Shown here piece by piece: positions 23,298 to 35,126 of a stretch of DNA of 64,000 nucleotides. Source of the stretch: Toensbergia leucococca. Lineage: Eukaryota. Location of the stretch: positions 1 to 64,000 of the forward strand of contig JALDZS010000138.1 of NCBI GenBank assembly GCA_022813965.1, in the 5' to 3' direction. The first letter of the stretch is position 1, and every line of letters starts with the position of its first letter. The notes below the pieces were generated by a model that was not told the origin of the DNA, did not search any database, and saw nothing but the letters and a program-made list of their open reading frames with translations. The position numbers and the translations under genes were made by a program.

Positions 23298-25675
23298 GTT
23301 GTCAATTTGTAAATTGCCTGGTTGCCAGCGTCAGCGGTGATTCTACTCAGGCAAGGGACAATCAGTATAAGAGCAAGCGTACACTACTGTGGACTGTTTT
23401 CTTTGAAAAGTAGTATTGGAGTGACTGACCCTGTTCTGTTTGTTGTTACTAACTAACTAATCGCTGTGTGTCACGAATCAAGACTATGGCGCAACGGGAA
23501 AAGGTATGCTCGACAAGCCCGCCAAAACGGCAACAAGGGCAAAACAGTGCAAAAAGCGGCCCTCCGGCCTTAGACTCTATCTCAAAGATTTAATCAAGGC
23601 CCACTATGTCTCAAATATCCTTGGCTTTTGGTGCTGATAGCTACTGCAACTATTTGCATCGCCCCCCAAAAATCAAACCCACAAGATTGATTTCTTGAGG
23701 CAGCATGCGCGGGAGTAGTACCAATTCGAAGAACTAAGAACTATTGTACGCTCCAGCTCGACCCTGCGTTGCTTACCCGGGAAGCTTTCGATGCTCTTCA
23801 AGCCTCGAAATCCAGCATTCCGGGGTCTGGACACCTGATATCAACTAAGCCAGGAGATATCAAGTTTCCAGATTGCTCGACTGATTCTGAGCGACAAATA
23901 ATTAGCAATCGTCTTGCAACTGTAGGTGGCCATTCAGCGGGTAGGTAGGCAACACACACCAGATCACGGTCACTCGCTGCAACCCATGTATTCTGCCTGT
24001 ATCGGGCTTTGCTCCATGTAATTTGCTCAGCTTGAATGAGCCCCTCTTAATATATCGGGCATTCTCCCTCGATACGATTCTGCTCTATGTATTGGTCGCC
24101 ATTTTCGTCGTCACTATCCACCTCATCGGATTCGCAGCCCCCATCTTCCTCCCTCCTCCGAAGGTGAAATTTCTCTTTCGCTCAGTATGCTGTATTCTGA
24201 CTCCTTCATCTCCCTCTTCTTCTTCTTCCAAATTCAGACTCCCTTTGTTGTTCAGGCCCGCTTTCTATATCCAAATGCCCACATGTTCATGCATTATCCA
24301 TTGAGCAAAGTCAAAAAGACTTAGATCTCTCTCTTTGGGTGGTAGTGTCGTTGTGAAGAAGATGTGTGGCGGTTGACGGCTGGACTGATTATGCGACTGA
24401 GTTCCTGCGTCGAATAATGAGTGCAACCTTTGTTGTGTTTGTTTCCGATTCCGACCTAGAATAGAGAATGAGAAGATAAGTCCGAAGATCCAGCGGCGAA
24501 GTGAGTCTACCATAAGTTGGCATCGGGTTTGAAGTCTCAATCATACCCTGCCAATATTTTCAACAATCCTTTCGCTTTCGTCCTGATTATGCGGACACAA
24601 AGAGAGAGTTGAGGCTAGTCGTGAAAACGTTCAATTGAGCTGGCCTGAGAAGTTTGGTCTTTGAGAGATGTCCTCCCAGAAAGAGCTTGCGGCAATAAGA
24701 TTTGCGAGATATTAGGATAGTGACATCAATGGGATGGAAATAGGTCGTAACCAAGTCTGTTAAAGCCATCAGCATCTGGATCAACACCAAGGAACATACA
24801 AGCATCCTACGTGCAGTCTGAGTCATTGCATGCGTTCTTCTACTTTCTGAAGAGTGAAGACTGATTGAGGTTCTAGGCATTGAAATGGAGAAGATCCAAC
24901 CTCTCAATCATGTGTAAAGATGATAACAAATGAAATATAGGCGAGAACTATTTAACCACGGGGTCGTAGGTAGTGATGAATAGAATACTCGTATAGTGGT
25001 CGAGAACAAATTATAACGAAACAAGACATGCATGACCTCACGCTTTCATCACAAGAGTTTCACTTGGGTCAACTCTATCACAACATTCACTATCTACACC
25101 ATGTACAATATGTACACTGAAGATTCACCTTCAGTAAGGTAGTTATAAGGAAGATGCAAGCCTCAAGCCCGATGATGGCTGGAACTACGCCAGGGTACGA
25201 ATTCCGCTGACTTCAATTGATTAACATGCTGGCCACACAGTCATTTAAAGGGACGGTAGGTATAGTACATCTGCAACTCATGCCTCTTGTTCTGTTCCCC
25301 TTCCCGTATCATTCGCTACCGAAGCCTGACGATACTGCTACAGTTGTGTCCAGTCATGAGAACTGCATCTCAGGAGCGACTATCCCGGCGCTTAGATGTG
25401 CCATGTTACGCTCGTGAGGCTGATGTCTCTACCGTCCAGTTTCTTTGAAAACACCCGCCAGGTTTGAATCAAATGCACCTGATAAAGTATCACAATGCTC
25501 AGGAAAACATGGCATTGGAGACTGCATCGATCGATCCATCACCTCAACATATGTCCCGCTCCAGGCAACAACGTGCTTTTCAAGTCTTCAATTCCGAAGC
25601 AGGCTCCTTGAAGCGTCTTCAATGAGCGAACGGATTCGCCTTCTAAAGCGATTCCTTGGATTATCGAGCCCTGAT

Positions 25676-26682
25676 TCATACTTTGTCAAAAGTCATCCCT
25701 CCAGCTTTTTTATCAAGTTGTAAAGACTCTTTCAACCCACAGAGCATGAATGCTTCCTTGGGACTGGAAAGATTATCTACAGCTTGTAATCCGTTTTCTT
25801 TCAATTTGCTGAGGCTATTCAACGCGCCCTTGAGAGCACCTTGGATGCAAACGCCAGGGAAGATGATGATGCGAAATCCGATTTCTTTGGCTTGCTCAAC
25901 GCTCATATTAGGTGTCACTCCTCCTGGCACCATGTTCATCAGCATTGGCGTATCTTTGAAAATACGACATGCTTTCCGTGCTTCGTCGTGTGTCTGTAGT
26001 GCCTCGAGGAACAGGATGTCGGCTCCAAGTTTGACAGCTCCCTGCAATCGCTCCACGGCTTCATCGAATCCCTTCCCCTCCCTTGCGTCGGTCCTTGCGA
26101 TGATCATCATCTCCGACCCAGCATCATCCCGAGCGATGATGGCAGCTCGAAGTCTACTGTACCATACCTCACGTTCTACAATCTGTTTACCTAGTAGTTG
26201 TCCACAGCGTTTTTCTTGAATCTGAAATGGTTAGCTATATTGATGAGAAAAGAGTTTGGCGTACTTGATCTTCGATATGCAAGGCGGCAACACCAGAACG
26301 AGCATACTGCGAGACTGTTCGTGCCACCATGATCGGACCGCCATAACCAGTATCAGCGTCTGCGATGAGGGGCACCGAGGGGTTAAGCTCTGCAATCATC
26401 TCGGCATTGGCTCTCATGTCATTCAAGGTGGCAATTCCAAGATCTGCATATCCAAGCTTAGACATTGCTGTCCCTGCACCCGTCTATGGAATAGTTCCAT
26501 CAGCAGAAGATTTGGAAAGTTGAAGGAGGTTCGCGGCACACCATGTACATTGCTTCAAAGCCTAGAGATAGGGCAAGTCTCGCTCCCAGTCCATCGTAGA
26601 CTCCAGGGCATACCACAATTTTGTCCGGGTCTTTGAGAAGCTCTCGAAGGCGGCGGGGGCCCAGATCACTGATTATGGGCAT
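25676..26682 (-). CDS. Isocitrate lyase/PEP mutase superfamily lyase (oxaloacetate hydrolase / 2,3-dimethylmalate lyase-like)
   Basis: PGVYDG, TGAGTAMSKLG..DLG, IADADTGYGG, HIEDQ|IQEKRCGQ, IIARTDA and GADILFLEA motifs over three exons. Confidence 0.9.
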
Positions 26683-27241
26683 TTCTTGAGCAGGAAATGG
26701 ATTCTCTACTTCCTCACAGGTTCTTGCTAATTTGTAGGTGGTCACAAAGGTCAACGTGTCTTCTAATTTCTTGCAAGTTTTCTTGCCTGAACTTTTTGAG
26801 GGCTAACGAATGACAGCGACAGAGGGATTCGAATGATGGTGTCCCAAACTGCAAGCATTCGGCTGCTAAGGCTGTAAGTGTGGGGCGACGATGTAACTAT
26901 ACCGCGTGGTCGAGCATCGGGCCCCGCACTCGCAGGATTCTCTACCTACGGCAACACTTGCGACATTCTTGCTATCGTGATTCGTTTGAGTTTAACGTTC
27001 ACAGGATGAGAATGTTGATGTGGATACACCGAGAAACCAGCGGGAATCTCAACATATACCCGAATGGCTACCTAGGTAGGAGGTAGGATTGGACATCCTG
27101 ATGAAATCCATCGACCATCACCGGCCGATTGATCGACAGCATTTTGAACAACACGCTTTCTTTTCTCTCACTCCTCTTCGTCGCCAAAACTAGGTGTTTA
27201 TGGGTCGTGGTGAAGTTAATCTGCAGCCAACTACTTTGAAC

Positions 27242-30200
27242 ATGGCATCAAAAGAGAGCAATCATGCACCACAGGAAGCAGCTGCAGAAGATCATGAAAT
27301 TAACATTCTGTCTCAATCATCCGATAATGAAATATTTGCCCAAAAAATCCTAGATGTGTTACGACGTCTTCGAGGAATTGATGATCAGCAACTGAAGGAG
27401 AAAGGTAACATTCAAGGCCAAAACGGTTCGTGCCTCACTATTCGCACGTTCACTCTCTTCAACTGATATACGAAGAAGCTGGTGTTTTAGACGCATGCTG
27501 GAACTTTGTCAACCTTTTAGAAACACTCTCGTCTTCTTTGCGTCAGATTCATAAAGATGGAGAAGCCGAGGCACTGGTCAGAGTCGTTGAACAATGTTTA
27601 GAAGAGAAGTCTTTGGGTGGGCTAGGCTTGTCTAGTACGGAACCCTTGACTGATGTGATTCGCGAGATGATCCTTTTGCAGACTGAGGCATGGCTTCTGG
27701 CTCTAAATTCAGCAGAGAATTCAAGGTCCTGGTCTAAGCCCTTGACGTCCAAACCACCAAATAGACGTCCAATGACTCTTGCTCAAAAGATCTTCGCCCA
27801 TCACGCTATTGGCGATATTCGTCCCGAAGGACTCAAAGTTGGAGATGTCATCAGAGTTGGTGTGGATTGGATCGTGTCTTCGGAGATCTCTTGGGTAGTA
27901 TGTTGCTCACTGTCCGAAAGGTGTTTCTACTCTCAAACTCATCTGGGTGGCAGGGTCTATCTAAAATATTCTCCCAGTGGGACTCTTTCACTCCATGGCG
28001 GAACGATCGATTGTGGTTAGCAGGTGACCACGTTGTTGATCCCCGGACGTATAATACTCCTTTGAACCGAAAATTGATTGGAGCGTCCGACAAAGCAGCC
28101 AAAGATTATAAACTAACAGACTACAAAGGGCCCAATGTAGGCGCTCACTAAATTGACATCGAGCAATGTGTACTGACACGGCTTATGCAGTATACAATAA
28201 TCCACACGGAATTCGTACGGGAACGTGCTGAGCCTGGTATGATGGTCATAGGAGCGGATTCCCGTGAGTCCTAAACTCGACTGAAGGAATTGACTGCTTC
28301 CAAATTTGACGCTATGCAGACACCTGCTCGGCAGGAGCTGTTGGATGCCTAGCTGTTGGACTAGGTGCTGCCGATGTAGTGATGCCACTTGTGACGGGCG
28401 AAACGTGGTTTAAAATCCCAGAATCTCTTAATGTTCGTTTTATCGGCGAGCCGGGTCTAGGCATTGGGGGCAAAGATATCATCCTCTACATACTCAAGGA
28501 ATTGAAACGGAATACCGTTGCTTCGGACAGAGTTGTTGAATTTACCGGGCCTGGCGTCAAACACCTTTCTTGTGACGCAAGATTTGCGATTTCCAATATG
28601 TGCACGGTAAGACATATAATATCCGACGCTCAAATTTTGCTGACAAAATCTTAGGAGTTTGGAGCCATCACTGGCGTATTTGTTCCTGACGAGAACGTTA
28701 GCGCCTTTATCGGTAGTAGGAAGAGAAAGAATAGAAAGTCTTCTTCCGTGTACTTTCAACCAGATGAAGATGCAGAGTACGCTCAAGTATGCGAGATTGA
28801 CCTAGCCAAAGTCGATTCATTCCTTGCTCTCTACCCATCTCCTGATAACGTCGTCCCTGTGACGGAAAAGCTCGGGGTTCGTTTGGATGGATGTTTCATT
28901 GGCGCGTGTACTACTACGGAAGAAGATCTAATCCTTGGAGCTCTTGTCTTGAAGGTCGGTCTTGCTAGAAATTTGCCATTAGCCGCAGGAACTAGACAAG
29001 TCACTCCAGGCTCTCTTCCCATTGTCAGGAAGCTAGAGGCTCTAGGGCTACTAGAAGTATATAAAAAGGCTGGATTCCGGCAGGGAGCGCCTGGTTGTAG
29101 CTACTGTGTTGGTATGGGTGCGGATCAGGCCGGTAGTGGAGAGACTTGGTTATCTTCCCAAAACAGGAATTTTCAGAATCGTATGGGTAAAGGTGTGTAT
29201 CTTTTCGTTGCTTCCAAATATTTCCTCTATAAAATGAGTTCAATTACTAGCCTTTCTCTAGGGTCTTTTGCAAACATTGCCTCAGCAGCAACAGTGGCGG
29301 CCTCCTCTTTTAACATGGAAATTACAGACCCAAGAACTTTCCTGGCAGAGGTCGATATGAAGCTCTACGACGAGTATCGAGCACGTTCTGATAACACTAG
29401 TAGGACTGTATCGAGGGTGGAAGATCAGCCGCCAATAGAGTACGTGGAACCGAATATGAACCGTCAGTCAGAAGACCAGATCTCTCCCGCAACTCACTCG
29501 ACGAAAGAGGCGCCCAAGGCTCTTTCACAAGACCCAATCAAAAGTAAAGTAGTGACTTTGGGAGAATTCATCGATACCGATGCGGTAGGTCTCTCTGAAG
29601 TCTTCACAGAATTGCTTGCAATTACGTTTGCGCTCCAGTCTAAGTACTAATTCCTTCCGTGTTTTCCCACTCTTAGCTAGCTCCAGCGGATATCCTCATG
29701 ACGGCCAACACCGACGCCGAGCTCGCAGATCACTGTATGGAGAACACTGTACCGGAATTTCGAGCCAAAGTCCGTTCTGGCTGTCGGGTCCTCGTAGCTG
29801 GCAAAGCATTTGGCTGCGGTTCTTCTCGAGAACAAGCAGCTCGGGCTCTTCTGGGTAAGCCCTTGGATTCTCTGGAATTTCCCCCTTTGCGCTCAAGCTA
29901 ATGTCCACCTAGGCCTGAACGTGGCTTGCACGATCGCTCCTTCTTACGCCTTTATCTACTCTCGTAATGGCCCCAATCTAGGCCTTCTCTCTTTGATAAT
30001 CACAGATCCGTATTTCTATACTCTTGCTCAAGATGGTGTCCCAATCACGGTAGAGCTAAATCTCAGAAAGGTATATGTGGGCAAGTTGGACAGCAGAGAG
30101 ACGGAGGAATTCAGCTTTGAAATGACGGATATGGAGAGAAGACTAGTGGAGGGTGGAGGTATGAGCGAGGCGTATAGAAATTATGGGAAGGGAGTCTTTG

Positions 30201-30304
30201 AGATGCTGTGTGCCCCAAGTGGAGCAGAAAAGGGTGGTGGCGCTGAAATCAATGACAAGGCATTGACAGGGGCTGATGGGAAGGAGAAAAAATTGGATTG
30301 GTAA
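27242..30304 (+). CDS. Aconitase-family Fe-S dehydratase (LeuC-like + LeuD-like fused) with N-terminal extension
   Basis: [47 protein letters not shown] and [10 protein letters not shown] motifs across multiple exons. Confidence 0.9.
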
Positions 30305-30952
30305 ACAAGCGGATCAAATGGGTTGCACGCGAAGGAATTCATAGATACGGGAAAAGGAGTTGCAGTGAAATTGTGATGTTTGGAATACACTTCTACCTGA
30401 GCATTCAATGTACAGAATTTTCAATGGCAAATTGGTCACTTGCGATGCACTCCCATGCCCACAAAAATTGTTCACAACTGGGGATGAGTGGAGCCGGAGA
30501 TCGACATGTTCAGCTTAGGCTTCTCAGATGCACGAAAGAAGAGGATGCATTTGGATTGTTTGTGGGAAATGAGAGACTTGCAGATCGAGAACTTGCATTT
30601 CCGAGGGCGACTTATGCATGTCTGATATGGATAATACCTTAACGATGACATTGACATTGGACGGTTGACAAGAGACAGCCGAGAGCTGAGGAGATGCCAA
30701 GACATATGTGGCGCTACTCAGCCACAAAGATCAGCCACAGGATTACGTAGCCGGCCAGCTCATCGTCAATGAGATGGAGGATTTATGCCTCATGCATAAT
30801 TCACTTCGCCATCACAAGTCCCCACCACCTACAATATCAACTTCACTCGTATTAAAAGAGTATACCTGTTCTTCGACCTTCGAACTTCTTCATTCTCTAT
30901 TTGTTCTCCTTCTCGCTCTCTGCATTTCAATCTTTGATCGTCTACAACCACC

Positions 30953-31990
30953 ATGGCAGACATTGCACCACCCTCCGGGCCTCCTCCCCCCAAAGTCCCT
31001 GAAGGTTGGAAAGCCCAGTGGAACGCACAGTACAACGAGTGGTAAGACTCATCTATCTCCTCTGCCCCACGTCGTCAGCTCATCCATTTGCCTAGGTTTT
31101 ACGTCAATATTTATACCAAGCAATCGCAATGGGATCGCCCCACCGAACCCATCTATCCTCCTGGCTCGTCGCCGGGAGGCCCTCCACCGGGCGCTCCACC
31201 TGGATTCGCCGGCGCCGGTACAAACCAATCTGAAAAGGGTTTCACATCGAACAACCCATATAACTCTTCCATCGGCAGTGGCCCAACCTCATCAAATGAC
31301 GTTGATGCCGATGCCCGCTACGCCGCACAGCTCCAAGCTGAAGAAGATGCCCGTGCTCGCGCTGGTGGAAGCCCGGGAGCTAGGGGCGCACAGGACTCTT
31401 ATTACAACAATTCTCCCGGACAAGGCGGCTCAAACTATGGCCAGCAATTGCCGCCCAGACCCCAGCAAAGCCAGAAGGGCATCGGTGGAATGCTAGGCAA
31501 GCTCATGGGAGGAAGACATTCTGGTGGTCAAAGCCAGGGTCAAGGTCAATATGGAGGCCAGCAGCCATCGTATGGGCAGCCTGGATACGGCCAACAGGGC
31601 TACGGCCAACAAGGCTACGGCCAACAAGGCTACGGTCAACAAGGCTACGGTCAACAGCAATATGGAGGTGGGTACCCACCTCAGCAACAAGGCTATGGAT
31701 ACGGACCGCCCCAGCAAGGTTACGGAGGTGGTTATCAGCAGCAACAGCCACCCAAGAAGTCTGGAGGCATAGGTGCCGCGGGTGGAGCAGCGCTGGGATT
31801 GGGAGGCGGGCTTGTTGGAGGCATGCTCTTGGAAGATGCGATGCAAGATCATGACCAAAACGAGTACGACCAGGGATACGATCAGGGTCAAGACCAGGGA
31901 CAAGATCAGGGCAATTACGATCAGGGTGGCGACCAAGGGGGTTACGACGATGGAGGGGATATGGGTGGTGGTGATGATGGTGGGTTTTAG
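30953..31990 (+). CDS. WW-domain protein with Q/G/Y-rich prion-like region (Wwm1-like)
   Basis: [36 protein letters not shown] repeats; [16 protein letters not shown] glycine-zipper-like segment; acidic tail. Confidence 0.85.
31586..31660 (+). repeat. 15-bp coding tandem repeat (YGQQG)n
   Basis: About five copies of tacggccaacaaggc and variants. Confidence 0.85.
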
Positions 31991-32194
31991 TAGGGAAATT
32001 GCGTGGCTGTTTGTTGAGGGAAATGCGCGATGGAGTGAGCGAGGTATTCATAAATGGCCTCGAGATGGGAAAATCGGCTTTTGTTTTACTTTTAGATTGA
32101 TTTAGATATGGGTCTCATGGATTGCTGCTTCAAATTGCTCTTTTAGGCTTTTAGTATCCGCATGCCCTTTCCATCTTCTTTATTTTATTTAGGC

Positions 32195-33165
32195 TTGTAA
32201 TATCCCGACACACCATTTCGATAACCCGACACCCACCCCCCCACCATTACCCAATTAGGCAATAGTGCGCCCCGAGCGCGATGTAGCATAGGGAATCATC
32301 GTGGAGTCGCACCACATTTGCACCTGATTCTCAACTACCATGCAAGCCATGTACTTGTTCCGTTCGCGTGCCATCTAGAAGCCATGTTAAACAGGGAATT
32401 ATCGTGGTTCCGCACCTGATTCTGAGTTGATTCCCCTCACCCCCCCGGCGCCACGATCACCCTCAGGCGCATAAACATCGCAAAATTGTGACGTTTTCTA
32501 CCTCCTGAATCATCTACATCCTGAATGTTGTAAACAGCCCACCATCCACCTGAATAGTACGATCCTTCTTCACCTCATCAGCCCTCATATCAGCCCTCAT
32601 ACCTCGCCCCCGCCCCTCGACCCCGCCCTCAGCCCCTGCCGTCACTCGGGCCCCGTGGTTGAACCTCCTGAAGCTCTAATTGATGATGATGATGATGACC
32701 GGATAGACCTACTCGTCGTGTGATCGCTTTGGGTTTTTTGAATGGGTTCGAACGAGTCGTTTGAGCTGAAGGGGTGGACGGGGGAAGATGAGGGTCGTGA
32801 GCTAAAGGCGGGGAGGGATATGAGGGGGGCGGGGAACGAGGGCGAGCACAAGGTGAAGGAGTGGAGGGTGGGTCTAGTTCATGATTTCAGATTGTGATCG
32901 TGCGCCCGGGGATGAGGCGCAAATTGTGGTATGAGAATTTGATGCTTCCCAACTCCGATAGAGGTGATGGATGGGAGGAACTAGAGAATGCAAAAGTGCT
33001 GGGGAGTCAAGTCGTAATGTGGCGCGAAGACATTGTCTTCTCCCCACGCGACGTTTATGCCTGGGCCTCATGATTGCCTGATCAGGTATGTATTGAGAGG
33101 AGGGTGTAGGATTATTGAAATTGAGGTGTAGGATTATCGAAGTGGGGTGTGAGAAGTAATAGGAG
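32195..33165. mobile_element. Diverged foldback-like element related to the 19-kb element
   Basis: 32274-32400 aligns with 19055-19180 (shared gagcgc..agggaa..gcaccaca..caag..gtgccatctagaa..agggaat); ~32880-33165 is a diverged reverse complement of 32195-32470. Confidence 0.55.
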
Positions 33166-33365
33166 CTTATATTTGTTTTTTTAAATGATTATATACAAAA
33201 GAGAGAAAGCATAAGATGTGAATATGATCATTGATTAAGATGACACACTCTTTGTGTCACTGAGGGTTAGAGAATGCAAAGCACATGACTCACATGACTC
33301 ACATATGATTCTCATGCAGTATAGTAATTGACCCAATGACATTAATAGAGCCATTCTGTTGACAG

Positions 33366-34600
33366 TCACTTGCTAAGCGGTAAATTTTCCATCATTGAAG
33401 ATGGTTCTGTAGAATCTGCCGAAGTACTGGAAGCTGGCACGCTCACTTGTCTAGCGAGTGGTCCAGGTAATTCTGTTTCCCTTTTCTTGAACCATGAGGC
33501 TTCTCGTAATGCCTTTTTCTGGATTTGCCAGACAGGTTCTCCTAGCTCGATCAGCCGTTCACCGAAGCTCGGAAGAAGATTGGATACCTCATTTCGCACA
33601 TGCCTCTCAATGAGGTCTGATTGGTCTAGAAGTCCATCGTTGACGGGTGAGGGAAAAGTTGCGCTCTTCCAAGCCGCTTTCCACTCATTGATAGCAATTA
33701 AAGCTTCTGGCTGATGCGGCTGGACGTTCTTAGCAATGAGGTAGAATGAGCCTCTTGTTCTATGACTTGTGACAGGCTTGATAGTTCAAGCTGGGAAATT
33801 TCATCGAACAACCTGAGCAGTTTCATCGTCTGCCACATCTCAACTTTATGAAGCAACATGATCAAAGTCCCGCCAGGCTTGATCCGTTGCATTGCCAATA
33901 TTAGTTGACTGCAGGCCAGCCGTTCAGCCTCGCGCAATTGACGGTAGTTCAGCATATGCGGTGCATGTGTACGCAAGACCTGGCCGTCGCAGAACACAAG
34001 GTCGAAAGATTTTGTAGCCCAGGGCCGTTTCGGGGAGAAGTTCAAGTTGTCGGGGTGATGGTCTGGGATATCTGTCATGCCATATTCTGCTGCTAGCATT
34101 GTGATGTCGGCGAACATGACACGAACGCGTGGATCATTGCGTCCGCAGGGTATCAGCAATTGATGGCCACCGAGGGAAGCGGGTAGTGTTATGCCCGAGA
34201 CGCAAGCATGGGGAGAGTATTTCAAAGCTGATGCGCTGTAGCCACCTGGGGCCATGCAAATATCGAGGACTTCTGCATGGAGTCCGGGGAGAGTCAGGGC
34301 GCCAGTGGCGGCTTCAAGCTCGTCGCCAATGCGGCGCATCAGGTTATAGAAGCCTATTCGTTCACGGTAAGAGGCTTCGTCGGCGATTCGGCGCTGGTTT
34401 TGAAAGTGCGTGTCGCCTTGCGGGTTGTTCCATCCCTAAGAGATGTTATTAGTGCTACTTGCCAGTATTGTGGTATGAGGAGCTCACTTGCCTCTGCTCT
34501 CAGCTCTGCTAATTCGCGAAAGATTTCTGACCGAGGGATTAGATAGGTGGAGATGAGCTGGTTGACCTGTCTCTAGCGTGTATCATACGTCAGCGCCATG
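33366..34600 (-). pseudogene. FtsJ-like (RrmJ) methyltransferase-domain gene, disrupted
   Basis: VLDICMAPGG and FDLVFCDGQVLR motifs; frameshift at ~33782 (FKP..H..R.SFYLIAKNVQP lies in the next frame); in-frame TAG near 34573. Confidence 0.75.
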
Positions 34601-34746
34601 ATGCTAGGAACCAAATCATCACCATCCGGTCACCTATGATTCTACCTAATAGATGCAGAAGGGCACATCACTTTGGCAAAGTTGTAGGGAACGATTCGAG
34701 GATTCCTGAGGGTGGCATTCAGTCTCCGCTAACCTCATTGGGGATA

Positions 34747-34879
34747 GAAGGGGTTCACCCCCCCACCGGCCAGCCTTATAGGGCTAGGCCAGAAATCTAT
34801 TTTCTTTACCGCCTAGCGACGCTCAAGTGAAAATTTGCGGGTCAGCCCTATAAGTGGCCGGTTGGGGGGTGAACCCTTC
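34747..34879. mobile_element. ~133-bp MITE with terminal inverted repeats and TA flanks (Tc1/mariner-type)
   Basis: TA-gaaggggttcacccccccaccggcca..ttatagggct ... agccctataagtggccggttggggggtgaacccttc-TA. Confidence 0.8.
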
Positions 34880-35126
34880 TAGAATAGAATAGAATAGAAG
34901 TTCTAATACCGCGAATGTATTTAAATTAGGCATCAATGCCCTTACTTCTCATTTGTAGGTGCGTAGGAACCACGTCACTCAACTTCAACAACGGAATAGG
35001 TACTGTGGTACTCCAGAAAACAGTACGGCGGCATAAGACAATACAATGTTGACAACAAAAGGCGAAACCACTGTCCTCTTTCCCACCTAGACAAATATGA
35101 GTCAACAACGATGCCATCCTCCTATC

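Noticed and set aside
23900..25200. Short ORFs (24023-24304, 24265-24540, 24587-24907)
   Set aside because: No recognisable domain or consistent exon chain.
30708..32105. Long overlapping alternative-frame and antisense ORFs
   Set aside because: Shadows of the low-complexity WW gene.
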